Below the pieces are notes generated by a model. That model had not been told where the DNA came from. It saw only the letters and a list, made by a program, of their open reading frames with translations, and did not search any database. A stretch of DNA of 63,464 bases, the filler included, from Octopus bimaculoides (lineage: Eukaryota): NCBI RefSeq assembly GCF_001194135.2. It is 5 parts of 5 records of this genome, joined end to end, with 100 filler letters (N's around TTAATTAATTAA, not from the genome) between each part and the next. Parts side by side here need not be neighbours in the genome. Positions count along the whole stretch, not along the records: positions 60,423 to 63,464 come from NC_068981.1; 4 more parts are not named here. The stretch is one strand, 5' to 3'. Position numbers and translations under genes: made by a program. This document shows, one piece after another, positions 61,812 to 63,464 of the stretch; position 1 is the first letter of the stretch, and each line of letters opens with the position of its first letter.

Positions 61812-61845
<34 letters not shown>
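61569..61845 (+). mobile_element. R4/Dong-like non-LTR retrotransposon 3' end, copy 3, ending in (AAT)n
   Basis: IVGALGIIKKYSDKYITKTPGLTN..KIALLGTVHILRKT, the same 3' UTR and an (AAT)n tail; the 5' part lies in a gap. Confidence 0.85.
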
Positions 61846-61874
<29 letters not shown>

Positions 61875-61879
61875 AAGAA

Positions 61880-62090
61880 TCCTGTCTATTATAGGCACAA
61901 GGCCTCTAATTTGGAGGGGGTAAGTCGATTACATCGACCCCAGTGCGTAACTGGTACTTAATTCATCGACACAGAGAGGATGAAAGGCAAAGTCGACCTC
62001 GGCAGAAGTTGAATTCAGAACATAAGGACAGACGAAATGCTGGCAAGCATTTCATCCAGTGTGCTAACTATTCTGCCAGCTCACCGCCTT
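61880..62090 (-). mobile_element. SINE family B
   Basis: AGGCACAAGGCCTCTAATTTGG..GTCGATTACATCGACCCCAGTGCGTAACTGGTACT..AAAGTCGACCTCGGC..GCCAGCTCACCGCCTT. Confidence 0.9.
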
Positions 62091-62366
62091 AAAAATTGAC
62101 TTTGGTCAGATTTGAACTCAGAACAAAGAGCCGTGACAAAGAGCCCTAATAACTACATGCATACATGCATACACAAAAAGACATACATGCGTACATACAT
62201 ACATGCGTACATACATACATATATACATACACATACATACATATATACATACATACATAAATACATGCATACATACATATACATACATACTTACATACAT
62301 GCTTACATACATAAGCTCATATACATGCATGCATACATCAGTATGGTCGTAGTCTAATTATATACA

Positions 62367-62399
<33 letters not shown>

Positions 62400-62973
62400 A
62401 AGATATAGAGAGAGGAAGAAGAGTAGTTAAAAAAAAGACTCCATGCATATTGAATGACCGTTGTTTTTAAATAAAACAAGGTCATTTCTCTTTGGTACGA
62501 AAATGATGTAAGACGAGCGAGATCAATGAAGTCTATCCTAAGGTCAGCGTGGTTAATACAAAACTAGTTTCACGTTCAACATACAAACTAAATAAATCAA
62601 TTTGAAAAATTAATTTAATTTAAATAACGATCTTCAGTTGTATATTCTAAATTTCATGAAAAATATGCATAACTTTAAGATACATGTACCTTCATTTATC
62701 CATATCAATTCGTAATTCAAGGTATACAATATTTTAAAATAGTAAAAGAGAGAGACGCCATGCTTCTTCGTTTATGTTCGAACACGCTTCTTATGTGTCA
62801 CTGGGCCGATAGCGTATAGTTGTGTATATATATATAAAGATGTAAAGAGGGGGAGAAGAAACATGTGATTTGTGGAAACGCGCCTAGCGATGCATTATCT
62901 ATCTATCTATCTATAGCTAGATTATAAGGTATATTAATTATAAGGTATATTAAACACATAAAAATTAATATAC

Positions 62974-63464
62974 TTTACAATCTAGCGAAAAGAATCTGTA
63001 CCATAGTTTCGGACTCCTATACTCGTGAACGAAGACTCATTGAACTCAGATCAATGCTAATCAAAAGACATTACCCAATATCATTAATAAATTATGGAAT
63101 TAAAGGAGCTAAGGAAATAGACATACGAACATTAAGGGAAGTCAACCGAAATACTAAACCAGACTTAAAAATACTCCCATACATCTCCACACATAACCCT
63201 AGAAACAACGAAGCCTTTAACGTTATCATCCAAAATCTATCCATCCTCACAAGAGATGAACAAAATTTTAGGCTCACACAAAATTATCAATGGTAAAATG
63301 CAACCTAAATCATTGTAAAAAATATTAACCAGCGCAAGACTGTATCCATTAACAACACAACCAAAAGTGAAAAAATGTGGTTGACCTCACTGTGGTATTT
63401 CCCCCCACCTTTTGGAGGGTTCAGAGTTCCATTTGAAACAAGGTGAAATATTTGATGAAATCAA
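62974..63464 (+). mobile_element. Penelope-like element ORF fragment (RT C-terminal region and linker towards the GIY-YIG endonuclease), runs off the window end
   Basis: YNLAKRICTIVSDSYTRERRLIELRSMLIKRHYPISLINYGIKGAKEIDIRTLRE..ILPYISTHNPRN..QPKSL*KILTSA..PKVKKCG*PHC, typical of the PLE P(Y)S.A.R..RI..-L...GYP-..P.SL..L-..CG.P.C layout; contains stops and a frameshift. Confidence 0.85.

Noticed and set aside
1416-62090. tRNA genes (A-box and B-box motifs)
   Set aside because: All occur as heads of multi-copy SINEs and do not form a complete cloverleaf.
335-62357. Most long ORFs in the supplied track ([16 protein letters not shown], poly-L/I/N/F/H/Q, X-runs)
   Set aside because: They are translations of microsatellites, low-complexity tracts or N gaps and have no coding signal.

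Overview
This is AT-rich animal genomic DNA from a fragmented draft assembly, with about 7.7 kb (~12%) of Ns. The SINE families, dense microsatellites and retroelement remnants look like a coleoid cephalopod, probably Octopus; this is inferred from recalled repeat families, not from a search. Almost every ORF in the supplied track is a microsatellite or gap artefact. The window holds two or three tRNA-derived SINE families in many copies, decayed mariner/Tc1 transposons and three kinds of restriction-like-endonuclease (R2-superfamily) non-LTR fragments. One of these is a head-to-tail series of R4/Dong-like 3' ends, each ending in (AAT)n. There are many Penelope-like element (PLE) remnants, several carrying minimal hammerhead-ribozyme (HHR) cores. 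No complete gene can be assembled, but a few splice-site-bounded open exons (991-1104, 51863-52015, ~39176-39344) suggest a long-intron gene that I cannot name. The most notable signals are fold-back structures: a doubly palindromic ~1.3 kb unit with HHR-like ends (54674-55980), a perfect 75-bp inverted repeat (35817-36121), a near-perfect 77-nt hairpin (16883-16959) and an HHR-centred fold-back (22594-22784). Coordinates were counted by hand, and most repeat boundaries are approximate.
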